Shown: positions 56,381-64,000 of the stretch, one piece after another
Numbering within the stretch: the stretch's first letter is position 1
Layout of the letters: each line of letters begins with the position of its first letter
Assembly (NCBI GenBank): GCA_963718855.1
Contig: CAVRAA010000013.1
Span: 230,074 to 294,073, forward strand
Direction: 5' to 3'
Length of the DNA: 64,000 nucleotides
Source: an uncultured Nitrospiraceae bacterium
Lineage (GTDB): Bacteria > Nitrospirota > Thermodesulfovibrionia > Thermodesulfovibrionales > SM23-35
Notes under the pieces: generated by a model
Told to the model about the DNA's origin: nothing
Databases searched by the model: none
Seen by the model: only the letters and a program-made list of their open reading frames with translations
Position numbers and translations under genes: made by a program

Positions 56381-58609
56381 TCATTTCATCTTCATGATAT
56401 AATTCGGCTCTGCATACTCCACTTCCCTATAACTACCCAATCTCTGTGCCGCCTCTTTCACGTCCTGTCCTGTCTTCAGCCGTATTTGATACAACCCTTT
56501 CGGCTTCAATGGAGCAATAACCGATGCGCCTTCGGCTGAAATAATCTCTGCGGCCCTTGCTTCATTGGTATCGTCGGTAAATTTAACGAGCACTTCTCCC
56601 TGCTTGTACGTATCCTCAACCCTCGCGAACTCTATTTTCTTGGCCTCTGTCAGGCGTTCGATGTCTTCGGCCCCCTTTATTATATGCGGGGTCAGAAAAA
56701 CGATAAGGTTTGTCTTATTCTTGGATATACCTTTTTGAGTGAAAAGCCATCCCAGGACAGGAATATCCCCGAGAAACGGCACCTTCGTCACATTCTCCTC
56801 ATCCTTTTCCTGCATGAGTCCTCCGATAACAACGGTCTGGTTGTCCTTCACCACAACAGACGTCTTTGTAGAACGCTTCGTTATGGTGGGACCGACAGTG
56901 ATTGTGATAACCGCTGACTCCTGAATGACCGCTGAAATCTCCTGATAAAGGTCGAGCTTCACGTAATCTCCCTCGGTAATCTGAGGGGTCAGCTTCAATT
57001 TAATGCCGACATCCATCCTCTCGATATTGTTCAGAACGGTATTTGTTGTCGTGACATCCCGTTCCCTTGACGATATAAAGGGGACATTTTCACCGACGAT
57101 AATCTCTGCTTCCTTATTATCAGACGTCAAAATCTGCGGCGTAGATAGAACATTCACCGCGTCTTTGAATTCGTTAAGGCTGAACACCGCGGCAAATCCC
57201 GGGATGGTAAGGGTTGAAGTAGTAGGGGTTCCATCTGAGCCGGTTGTCGTAAACGGGATATCAATGAAGTTGCCCAGACCGCCGACCGACATTCCGGAAA
57301 GCCCCTGTACAATATTCTGCACTGCCGCCGAGTCGATGGTTCCAAATCCGCCGATCAATACGGGATCGCCGTCTTTCTCTGCTGTCAGCCGCCATTTTGC
57401 CCCAAGTTCTCTCAGCTTGTTAATCGATGCCTCGACAATCATCGCTTCAACATATACCTGCCGTCTCCGTTTATCAAGCTGTTTGATTACCTGCAGGAGG
57501 CTCTGATAATCCGCCGGTGCAGCAATGACAACAAGGGAATTCGTCGCCTTATCAGCAGTAATTGTTATCTTACTCCCCAGTTCAAAGGGACTTTTGGGGG
57601 CCTGTCCGGCCTTCGCAGACGGTGCGATCCCTGTAATCATCGTTTCCAGAACTTTGGAGAGTTCGGTTGCATCCGCATACTCAAGAAAATAGACATTGAT
57701 CTTGCTCGTTGCCTCGGGCAGCGGAATATCAAGAAGAACAATCATCCTCTTCATCGCATCCTTTTCCTGCTTATCTGCAATCAGCACTACTGCGTTAAGC
57801 CTCGTGTCGGCAAAAACACTCCCTCTCGCATCTTCAACCGAACCTGCAGTTACTGTTTCGCCCGGCCTCGGCACGCGACCGGCAGCAGGCTGCCCTTTAC
57901 TGCTTAACGCGAGAGACTCGGAAATAATCTTCACGATGTCCTCAGCGCTTGCATACTTGAGGAGGATGAGCTCCGGCTCCTCGACCCCCTGCTTATCAAT
58001 GGTATCGAGAATTTTGAGAACCTTTTCGATATTGTTTGAGGTATCAACAACCATGATCATATTGCCGGGCCCGAATGAAGAAATATGTCCGTCTTTGGAA
58101 ATAAGAGGCTGGAGGAAACCGACTGCTTTCGCGGCGGATATTGATACCAATGGAATGAGTCGTATAATATATGCATCGCTTACCGTCATCCCCCCTTCTG
58201 TGAGCATTTCCGTACCCGATTGTTTTGCCTGGGAGACCGGAATAATCTTATACACTTTTCCGGAAGGGACGATGGTAAATCCTTTTAATTCGAGGACAGA
58301 GGTGAAGAGACTGAATGCGTCGTCAACCGAGAGTCTGGATGGAGCAATAATCGTGACAGTGCCCTTGACTTTGTCGTCAAATACAAAATTCTTGCCGGTT
58401 ACTTCACTGATAAATTTCACCACAACAGATATGTCGACATCGACAAAGTTGAAGGTGACCTGCTTGGAATCTTTAAGCCGGCTCTCCCCTGTTTCCGCTA
58501 AGGCATTCCCCATCAAGGATAAAGGATGAAGGATGAAGGATGAAAAAAATACCAACAGAAAGATGAAAGATGAAAGATGAAGGATGAAAATGGAATTTTT
58601 ATTTTTCAC
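56381..58609 (-). CDS. gspD: type II secretion secretin GspD with an extra C-terminal subtilase-prodomain-like domain
   Basis: 742 aa. N0-N3 domains (VTFNFVDVDISVVVKFISEVTGKNFV…). Secretin core (…VVIGGLMQE…VPFLGDIPVLGWLF…LIVFLTPHII). The last 75 aa align with the S8 prodomain. GTG start lies 1 nt after the upstream stop. The signal peptide is encoded by heptamer arrays. Confidence 0.93.
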   Translation of the reverse strand: MKNKNSIFILHLSSFIFLLVFFSSFILHPLSLMGNALAETGESRLKDSKQVTFNFVDVDISVVVKFISEVTGKNFVFDDKVKGTVTIIAPSRLSVDDAFSLFTSVLELKGFTIVPSGKVYKIIPVSQAKQSGTEMLTEGGMTVSDAYIIRLIPLVSISAAKAVGFLQPLISKDGHISSFGPGNMIMVVDTSNNIEKVLKILDTIDKQGVEEPELILLKYASAEDIVKIISESLALSSKGQPAAGRVPRPGETVTAGSVEDARGSVFADTRLNAVVLIADKQEKDAMKRMIVLLDIPLPEATSKINVYFLEYADATELSKVLETMITGIAPSAKAGQAPKSPFELGSKITITADKATNSLVVIAAPADYQSLLQVIKQLDKRRRQVYVEAMIVEASINKLRELGAKWRLTAEKDGDPVLIGGFGTIDSAAVQNIVQGLSGMSVGGLGNFIDIPFTTTGSDGTPTTSTLTIPGFAAVFSLNEFKDAVNVLSTPQILTSDNKEAEIIVGENVPFISSRERDVTTTNTVLNNIERMDVGIKLKLTPQITEGDYVKLDLYQEISAVIQESAVITITVGPTITKRSTKTSVVVKDNQTVVIGGLMQEKDEENVTKVPFLGDIPVLGWLFTQKGISKNKTNLIVFLTPHIIKGAEDIERLTEAKKIEFARVEDTYKQGEVLVKFTDDTNEARAAEIISAEGASVIAPLKPKGLYQIRLKTGQDVKEAAQRLGSYREVEYAEPNYIMKMK
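58516..58588. repeat. Repeat family D copy 3 (GGATGAA/AGATGAA heptamer arrays inside the gspD signal-peptide codons)
   Basis: AGGATAAAGGATGAAGGATGAAGGATGAAAAAAATACCAACAGAAAGATGAAAGATGAAAGATGAAGGATGAAAA. Confidence 0.9.
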
Positions 58610-58610
58610 A

Positions 58611-58976
58611 TTATTTATTTCTCATCTTTTTCATTATTGACGTGAAAATTGCCAACAGTTCATTTGTCTCTGATAATAGCGATTTCAGTTCAAGGCTACT
58701 GCTTATTGTACCATCAAATAATAGTTCAAGCCAGTATGAAGTTTCATCGAGTTCCTGGATAATGATACCTAGTTTGGAAATAAATTCTGCATTTGAACGA
58801 GCACGAGATGCTTCACGATAATTTGCACCAACAGATGTGCCGGATTTCAAGAACTGATGCCCGATTACTTGAGCATCTTTAGTTTTTGGAAGTGATGAAT
58901 ATAAGCGAATTATTCTTAACGCATACTGTTTGGTTCTGCTCCTTAAATCTTCCGCTTTTCTTCCTTCATCCTTCAT
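58611..58976 (-). CDS. four-helix-bundle protein (23S rRNA intervening-sequence protein / Avd-like family)
   Basis: 121 aa. …QFLKSGTSVGANYREASRARSNAEFISKLGIIIQELDETSYWLELL… matches the family I recall as PF05635/TIGR02436. The gene is wedged between gspC and gspD. Confidence 0.8.
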   Translation of the reverse strand: MKDEGRKAEDLRSRTKQYALRIIRLYSSLPKTKDAQVIGHQFLKSGTSVGANYREASRARSNAEFISKLGIIIQELDETSYWLELLFDGTISSSLELKSLLSETNELLAIFTSIMKKMRNK

Positions 58977-58985
58977 AATTCATCC
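58961..58985. repeat. Repeat family D copy 4 (TTCATCC orientation on the plus strand)
   Basis: TTCCTTCATCCTTCATAATTCATCC covers the start codon of the four-helix-bundle gene. It is inverted relative to copy 3. Confidence 0.8.
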
Positions 58986-58991
58986 TTGTTC

Positions 58992-59861
58992 TTACTGTAT
59001 CTGATACGTCATTGTCATCCTTGCGCCCGATCGAATAAGGTCAATCTGGACCCTGTCGAGCCCCCTGAGCGCAGTAAATGCCTGCAGTGCCCTTTCGGGA
59101 TTGGAGATGTCATAATCATTAATCCTCAGCAATACGTCGCCGTCCTGGAGCCCGAGACTCTGATAAATACCGCCGGGCTTTACCTCGCTCAGAATAAAAC
59201 CCTCATCCCTTCCGCTGACGTTATTCGGCCTGAGTCTTGCATCTGTCATCATCTGGGCCGGATTTCCGATAGCCTGCTGCAATTTTCTCTGATCAACAAC
59301 ATAAGCCCCTCTCCCGATTTTCTGTGCAAATACTGCAGAAGGGGCGGTTCCTGATGCCTGTTTATGAATCTCTTTCACCCTCACGTCTTCAAGCGGTATT
59401 TCTATTGTCCGCGCATCCTTTTTGATCATTGCTTTATCTTTCTTCACCGCATGAAGCGTCCCGACGCCGAAAACAGACTCGCCGATCCTGAATATCTCCT
59501 GCACCCCGGTATTGTCCTTAAAAACACCGTAGCTGAGCTCTTTGATGCCGGTCACAGTGCCGATCAGCGTTACATTCGCCGCCTGGTTCCCCTGGTTCGC
59601 CGCAACGGTCAAAGGCTTTATCTCGCCGGCGGCAAAGCCGAAAGGGTTGTTCTTCAGAATGGGGGCATACTCCATAAGTTGGACCGTTCTTTCAGGCTGC
59701 GATGAATCCGCAGTTGTACGCATCTTCTCTTTTTGCATTTTTCTTTTTTCAACAGAGATGGAAATGCCGTCCCTGACAAGCATAAGCGCCGACACTAAGA
59801 GCAGTATGCCAATGATGATATTCAGATAAAAGATGTTTCTCTTCGTAAGGAGCCCTGTCAA
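58992..59861 (-). CDS. gspC: type II secretion protein GspC (TM + HR-like region + PDZ domain)
   Basis: 289 aa. N-terminal TM helix and a C-terminal PDZ (…GFILSEVKPGGIYQSLGLQDGDVLLRINDYDIS…). First gene of the operon. Confidence 0.8.
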   Translation of the reverse strand: MTGLLTKRNIFYLNIIIGILLLVSALMLVRDGISISVEKRKMQKEKMRTTADSSQPERTVQLMEYAPILKNNPFGFAAGEIKPLTVAANQGNQAANVTLIGTVTGIKELSYGVFKDNTGVQEIFRIGESVFGVGTLHAVKKDKAMIKKDARTIEIPLEDVRVKEIHKQASGTAPSAVFAQKIGRGAYVVDQRKLQQAIGNPAQMMTDARLRPNNVSGRDEGFILSEVKPGGIYQSLGLQDGDVLLRINDYDISNPERALQAFTALRGLDRVQIDLIRSGARMTMTYQIQ

Positions 59862-60052
59862 TACATACCTCTATGCACAATATTCTTTTACTGGTTTAGT
59901 CTATTGAAAATTGTACAGCCTGTCAACTTTGGCAGAAACATTACTGAGGCGATGCTGGTTGCCGGCTTTGCGACGGTAGGTGCGACTAAGGGTGCCTGTT
60001 AGCGAGGATTATTCAGACATTGGATTTTTAGCCAATTTCGTTGCTAAACAAG

Positions 60053-60103
60053 GCAAGGGTTCAAGTTCACTCGAATCCTTGAATCCTCGGCCCCTTGTAT
60101 CCT
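60053..60103. repeat. Repeat family E copy 3
   Basis: GCAAGGGTTCAAGTTCACTCGAATCCTTGAATCCTCGGCCCCTTGTATCC. Confidence 0.7.
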
Positions 60104-60112
60104 TATCCAATG

Positions 60113-61900
60113 TTATTTTTTCAGCGGGAGATTTTTCAGAAGCTTGGAATCGTCTGCAATAATCTTTTTCACAGACTGACTCTGGATATTGAACGAATTC
60201 GCTTCGTACGACATCGCGTTAATCGGAGTAATGGTATTCCCATTAAGTTCAAACACCGTCCATAAGGTCCCTCCCTGATTCACAGGGACATTGAATGTAG
60301 CAATGAGGCCATCCCCCCGGTACACCTTTACCTGAGCGCCGGAAATGGAGAGGGCGTCGCTTTCTGATGAACTCTTGTTGGAGTAATCATGCACTGAGAA
60401 CCTGTAGACTCCGCTTATCTGCTGGTAAATCGTCGTTGTTTCCGGCCCGACACTGTCAGTATCGTCCAGATCCAAATCTGCATATATAATGTCGTTCACT
60501 GCATATGTTTCGTTAGAATAATAAATATGGAACCTGCTGCTGTCAGGGGTCGGTCCGGTAAGGTGTGAATCCAGATCAGAAGGTTCTTCCCCCCATGAAA
60601 GTATAATGCGTGTTTGACCGGCCTGAATAATCGGCGTTATGGTTCCCTGCTGATTGCCGGTTGAGGTACCCCCGATACAGATAACAGTAAAGAAGGCATT
60701 CGTGTACCCGCTTTTCAAAGCCTCTGCCGTATAGTGGCCTGCAGCGAGGTCCGTGAAACTAAAGAAACCTCCGCTCAGTGTTGCACCCGTAGCTGCAATC
60801 GGACCTGAAGTGACATTTATGCCGCTGCGCAGGTTGATTGTCACGCCTTCAACTCCCTGCCCGTTAAACGCATCAACGATAGTCCCGCTTACAGTGCCTG
60901 TGCCGGAATGGTCTGTATCTATCTGAAGTACGGGTTCAAGGGTCGTAGTGCCGCTTTCCACTGCAACATTTTCATAGAGTGCAGTAACGAAGCCCTCCTT
61001 CACAAACTCAACCCTGTATCCGCTGCCCTCAGGGACCGGGAGAGAATATGTTCCATCGTCTATGGTCACGCCTGAGGCGACTACGGTATTCTGGCTGTAA
61101 ACGGTTATGGAAACCCCGGGGAGGGGCGCAGTGGTCAGCGCATCGTTTACTCTCCCCGATAATACGCTTGAGGAAGCTGATAATGTAGTGGCAGACCTCT
61201 CCACGGTATTGGTGTCGATATTCCCGCTCTCGTCCTTGGCCCTTACTACAAAATAATAGGGGGTATTCTGGTTAAGACCGGTCACGATGAATGATGTCTG
61301 ACCTGGCGTTGTAGTGTAACTCGGCGACGAAAAGTTTTCTCCTCCCTGCACTGTTGCCATATAGACAAGATATTGTATGCCGGCCTGAGGTGTCACATTG
61401 TCTGTTGCCGGTGGCCATACAAGTGTCAGGGATGTGGCAGCAATTGATGATATATCTGACAAACCCGAGAAAACAGGCGGAACCGTATCCTGCGCTACCA
61501 TGGTAATGGGCAAGGTAACCGCTGTACCGTTCATGTCTGCAAAGGCATCTCCTGTATAATTCACATGACCGGCTGCATCCCTCGCATCGACTATAAAATG
61601 CCTGTTGCTGCCGTTCGGAACTGTGAATGTCTCAGACAGTGAAAACTGCCCGTTGACAGGAACAATGCGCTCAATAGTAGCCATATCCGGTGCTGATATT
61701 TCAAACCGTATGCTGGCTACTTCCGGCGGTATTGAAGCTGATTCAGTTAATAATTTCCCGTTCAGATCAGCGGCTTTGGTATTGCCGAGCGCTATCGTTA
61801 CGTTCGTGGTGCCTGAAGAAAGCGATGAAGAACCGCCTCCTCCGCAACTCAGATTCATTGCCATCAACACAAAAACCACTATCGCACATAATTTTTTCAT
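60113..61900 (-). CDS. large surface/periplasmic lipoprotein: FN3, two carboxypeptidase-regulatory-like domains and a DUF2135/YfaP-like C-terminal domain
   Basis: The start was moved to MKKLCAIVVFVLMAMNLSCGGGGSS (lipobox LSC). FN3 (…LTLVWPPATDN…YYFVVRAKDESGN). Two segments of the SG(R/T)V.DA…G..GV.I.L type. The C-terminus …RIILSWGEEPSDLDSHL…DDTDSVGPETTTI… is YfaP-like. Confidence 0.65.
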   Translation of the reverse strand: MKKLCAIVVFVLMAMNLSCGGGGSSSLSSGTTNVTIALGNTKAADLNGKLLTESASIPPEVASIRFEISAPDMATIERIVPVNGQFSLSETFTVPNGSNRHFIVDARDAAGHVNYTGDAFADMNGTAVTLPITMVAQDTVPPVFSGLSDISSIAATSLTLVWPPATDNVTPQAGIQYLVYMATVQGGENFSSPSYTTTPGQTSFIVTGLNQNTPYYFVVRAKDESGNIDTNTVERSATTLSASSSVLSGRVNDALTTAPLPGVSITVYSQNTVVASGVTIDDGTYSLPVPEGSGYRVEFVKEGFVTALYENVAVESGTTTLEPVLQIDTDHSGTGTVSGTIVDAFNGQGVEGVTINLRSGINVTSGPIAATGATLSGGFFSFTDLAAGHYTAEALKSGYTNAFFTVICIGGTSTGNQQGTITPIIQAGQTRIILSWGEEPSDLDSHLTGPTPDSSRFHIYYSNETYAVNDIIYADLDLDDTDSVGPETTTIYQQISGVYRFSVHDYSNKSSSESDALSISGAQVKVYRGDGLIATFNVPVNQGGTLWTVFELNGNTITPINAMSYEANSFNIQSQSVKKIIADDSKLLKNLPLKK

Positions 61901-61916
61901 AAGAGTCCTCTGTATA

Positions 61917-62744
61917 TCATGGGAAAATAGGCACAATAGTCACCGGCGTACCATTACTTGGTGGTGGCAGATTCTGTATCGGTGGTGTCAGATTCTCTAT
62001 CGGCGGTAACGCCGGAAGAGTTTCTCTCGTAATCGGCGCGCTGTCCTTCATCAGCAGCGGTGCAGACTGCACTCCTGCAGGCTTCCGTTCTTCCAGAATT
62101 GATTTTTTGTCGACTTCAGGGGAATTCTGCAGTTCAGTGGCGTCAATCAGTTGATTCAGGAGTGTCATCGGGGTAGGAAAAGACATAGGCGCTTTGTTCT
62201 GGAACACCTTCCCCGTAGTACCCTTTTCAAGTCTCACTACGCCGACAATGGCAGGATCGATGTTCGAAATATCCACTGCTCCCTCGATCACCGTTATAAT
62301 GCTGACTGCTATGCCGTCTTCAACCCCTGTCGCCGTTATAAAATAGGTCCCCCTCGCTGCAACTACTGCGGTGGGTGTATGCACTTCGAATTCATTATTG
62401 CCGACCAGAGACCTCAGTTTCCCTTCCACAAGGTTGAATACGGATTTTCCCTTCTTCTTGTCCCCTCCTGCACCGAGATATTCCCTGATGACAACCCTGG
62501 ATTTTTCAGCGAGCGTCAGGATGCTGTCGTCCTTAAAAAAAATCTTCAGCCTCGATGCCTCTCTGGTCTCAACGGTGTCCCTGAGCATAATCGTATCCTT
62601 CAGAACTGCATCCATTGTTTTGTTGTCTCTCAGGATCAATGCCTTGCCTTTCAGCGCCACGATACGTCCGGCATCGTCTGCTGCAAAGGCCAAGACCGGC
62701 AGAACAAGCATCAGCAGTACAAGAAGTATTACTCTCTTTTTCAT
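61917..62744 (-). CDS. FecR-domain protein with a signal peptide and a Pro-rich C-terminal tail
   Basis: 275 aa. …GRIVALKGKALILRDNK…LKDTIMLRDTVETREASRLKIFFKDDSILTLAEKSRVVI… resembles the FecR (PF04773-like) fold. The tail is LPALPPIENLTPPIQNLPPPSNG. Confidence 0.65.
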   Translation of the reverse strand: MKKRVILLVLLMLVLPVLAFAADDAGRIVALKGKALILRDNKTMDAVLKDTIMLRDTVETREASRLKIFFKDDSILTLAEKSRVVIREYLGAGGDKKKGKSVFNLVEGKLRSLVGNNEFEVHTPTAVVAARGTYFITATGVEDGIAVSIITVIEGAVDISNIDPAIVGVVRLEKGTTGKVFQNKAPMSFPTPMTLLNQLIDATELQNSPEVDKKSILEERKPAGVQSAPLLMKDSAPITRETLPALPPIENLTPPIQNLPPPSNGTPVTIVPIFP

Positions 62745-64000
62745 AGCTGTACCCTCACCATAAGCGTCACGATATCCCTGTCATAATCAAAGTAACTGAT
62801 ATTCGAGCTGTTGCGCTCATACAAATACCCTGCGGTAATGTCTATTTTCCGATACAGAGACTTTGTGAGATTGACGGAACAGGTGCGGGTAATATCCCTC
62901 CGTTTGCTCTCAGTACCAGGGAGCTCGCCTTTATAGTGCTTTCTGTAATACTGGCCCCACAGGTCGCCTGTCCAGCCTTTGCCAAAATCGAAACGCAGAT
63001 ACGCATCTCCTGCGTTGCCGTCATACTTCCAGTACGTTTTATCGGCTCCGTCGTCGTCATAGGCATAGCCTACGCCGACAAGAACGGCTTTGTGAAGCTG
63101 AATATACTGCGTTATCCCGAAAAGGTTATTTGCCCCGTCTCTCTCTGAATTTGTCTGAAACAGCTCTGTGTCCTTGAAATCTTTCTGCTGATACCGGTAA
63201 CGGAGATTGGTGAAAAAGCCCTTTCCCTCTGCAATGGTGATGACCGGCTGGATGCTGTTCGAAACCAGATAGGTTTCATTGTCTACCGTCGTATATTCAA
63301 ATGTATAATTCAGCCTCAGGAGAACGTTTTTCATAACAGCATAGCTTATCAGTATACCGGGCAGATGCTGCTGAACGTTGAAATCATCCAGCCGGCTCTG
63401 CAAACTCTGGTAGAACGAATAGGTAAGGTCAATGCTGACGTTGTCTTTCATGAGCGGCGTGTATCTGCCGTCCAGGTAAAAGACCGTACGCCAGTCGGAT
63501 TTCCCTGATATGCCTTCAGCCAATGCCCCGTCGGACGGTTTGAGGACAACATTGCTGTCATACTGCTCTCCTACCGACAGGCCGAGCGCCCAGTTTTTCT
63601 GCCCCTCTTTTTTCGCCTCGCTCTCCCGCTTTGCTATTTCGCTGATATAGGCGTCGGCAGGGCCGGACAATTCTCCGCCCGGGGACAATGCCTTCGCAGT
63701 CTCGAAAAAATCCTTTGCTTCGCTATAAATACCTTTATGGTAATACAGCACTCCCAATTCGAAGTTTGCTCTTGGCGACTGAGGATCGAGGGTCAAGGCC
63801 TTTTTCAGAAACGTCTCTCCCTCTTTTTCATTCCCTGATTTGCTGAGGGCGACGCCAAGATAAAGGGTTGCCGGCGGATCATCGGGTTTTACTTCGAGCG
63901 CGGACTTAAAATCGCCTATGGCTTTCTGATATTCTTTTTGGTCGAGAGAGAGGATTCCTCTGGCAAGGCTGGCTTCGTACTTTGCAGTGTCCCCCGCATA
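62741..64000 (-). CDS. TPR-repeat + C-terminal outer-membrane beta-barrel protein (5' end outside the window)
   Basis: The reading frame stays open upstream of the tracked TTG start to position 64000 and encodes TPR units (…YEASLARGILSLDQKEYQKAIGDFKSALEVKPDDPPATLYLGVALSKSGNEKEGETFLKKALTLDPQSPRANFELGVLYYHKG…). The C-terminal ~300 aa show an alternating beta-strand pattern with …YDSNV… and end in …LMVRVQL. Confidence 0.7.
   Translation of the reverse strand, partial: YAGDTAKYEASLARGILSLDQKEYQKAIGDFKSALEVKPDDPPATLYLGVALSKSGNEKEGETFLKKALTLDPQSPRANFELGVLYYHKGIYSEAKDFFETAKALSPGGELSGPADAYISEIAKRESEAKKEGQKNWALGLSVGEQYDSNVVLKPSDGALAEGISGKSDWRTVFYLDGRYTPLMKDNVSIDLTYSFYQSLQSRLDDFNVQQHLPGILISYAVMKNVLLRLNYTFEYTTVDNETYLVSNSIQPVITIAEGKGFFTNLRYRYQQKDFKDTELFQTNSERDGANNLFGITQYIQLHKAVLVGVGYAYDDDGADKTYWKYDGNAGDAYLRFDFGKGWTGDLWGQYYRKHYKGELPGTESKRRDITRTCSVNLTKSLYRKIDITAGYLYERNSSNISYFDYDRDIVTLMVRVQL

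Noticed and set aside
57696-58529. 277-aa plus-strand ORF, plus 57003-57506, opposite gspD
   Set aside because: Antisense shadow of the secretin gene, Ser/Thr/Ile-rich with no recognisable motifs.
58611-58976. Avd-like four-helix-bundle gene considered as part of a diversity-generating retroelement
   Set aside because: I could find no reverse transcriptase ORF, no template/variable repeat pair and no adenine-biased variable region anywhere nearby.

Overview
64-kb chromosomal window, mostly housekeeping genes, from an anaerobic bacterium. A two-subunit 2-oxoacid:ferredoxin oxidoreductase, an Aquifex-type aconitase, a desulforedoxin/flavodiiron/rubrerythrin set and the repeat families suggest a Nitrospirota (Thermodesulfovibrio-like) or similar lineage; this is inference only. 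Gene order: (1) 1-3.5 kb: a DUF4019-like secreted protein, a MITE-like insertion, and korA/korB broken by many frameshifts. (2) 3.5-15 kb: an oxygen/nitrogen-stress island. It holds two ferritin-like proteins, an atypical response-regulator/PAS/HisKA_3 protein, a radical SAM/SPASM enzyme followed by an unannotated 20-codon Cys-rich ORF, a ferredoxin, a broken nitroreductase, a second broken rSAM/SPASM gene, an unannotated desulforedoxin, a flavodiiron protein, a broken rubrerythrin, a broken octaheme HAO-family cytochrome c and an Isf-type flavoprotein. (3) 15-19 kb: acyltransferase, xerD, a methyltransferase and an RR-GAF-HD-GYP protein. (4) 19-25 kb: ATP synthase operon b'-b-delta-alpha-gamma-beta-epsilon, without the a and c subunits. 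(5) 25-32.5 kb: bioF-bioD, lysA-dapF-dapA and aconitase. (6) tRNA-Lys and tRNA-Glu, a DUF4143 ATPase, a DUF3187-like protein, dCMP deaminase, a DEAD-box helicase, rluB, aspS, a HEAT-repeat protein and aroC. (7) 43.8-45.2 kb: a degraded IS1634/IS4-like transposase. (8) 45.2-59.9 kb: a CPBP protease, then on the minus strand a complete T2SS operon gspC-(four-helix-bundle gene)-D-E-F-G-H-I-J-K-L-M-N ending in a large S8 subtilase. (9) 60-64 kb: a large lipoprotein, a FecR-domain protein and a TPR plus beta-barrel protein. Main points for follow-up: the secretin carries a C-terminal domain that aligns with the prodomain of the co-operonic subtilase. The subtilase has a Cys-containing C-terminal sorting-like signal and sits next to the CPBP protease. 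The rSAM/SPASM enzyme and the mini-ORF form a candidate RiPP pair. Several short repeat families lie inside coding sequence and encode signal or leader peptides. Frameshifts are confined to particular genes in the first 14 kb. All calls come from reading the translations by eye; no database search was possible.
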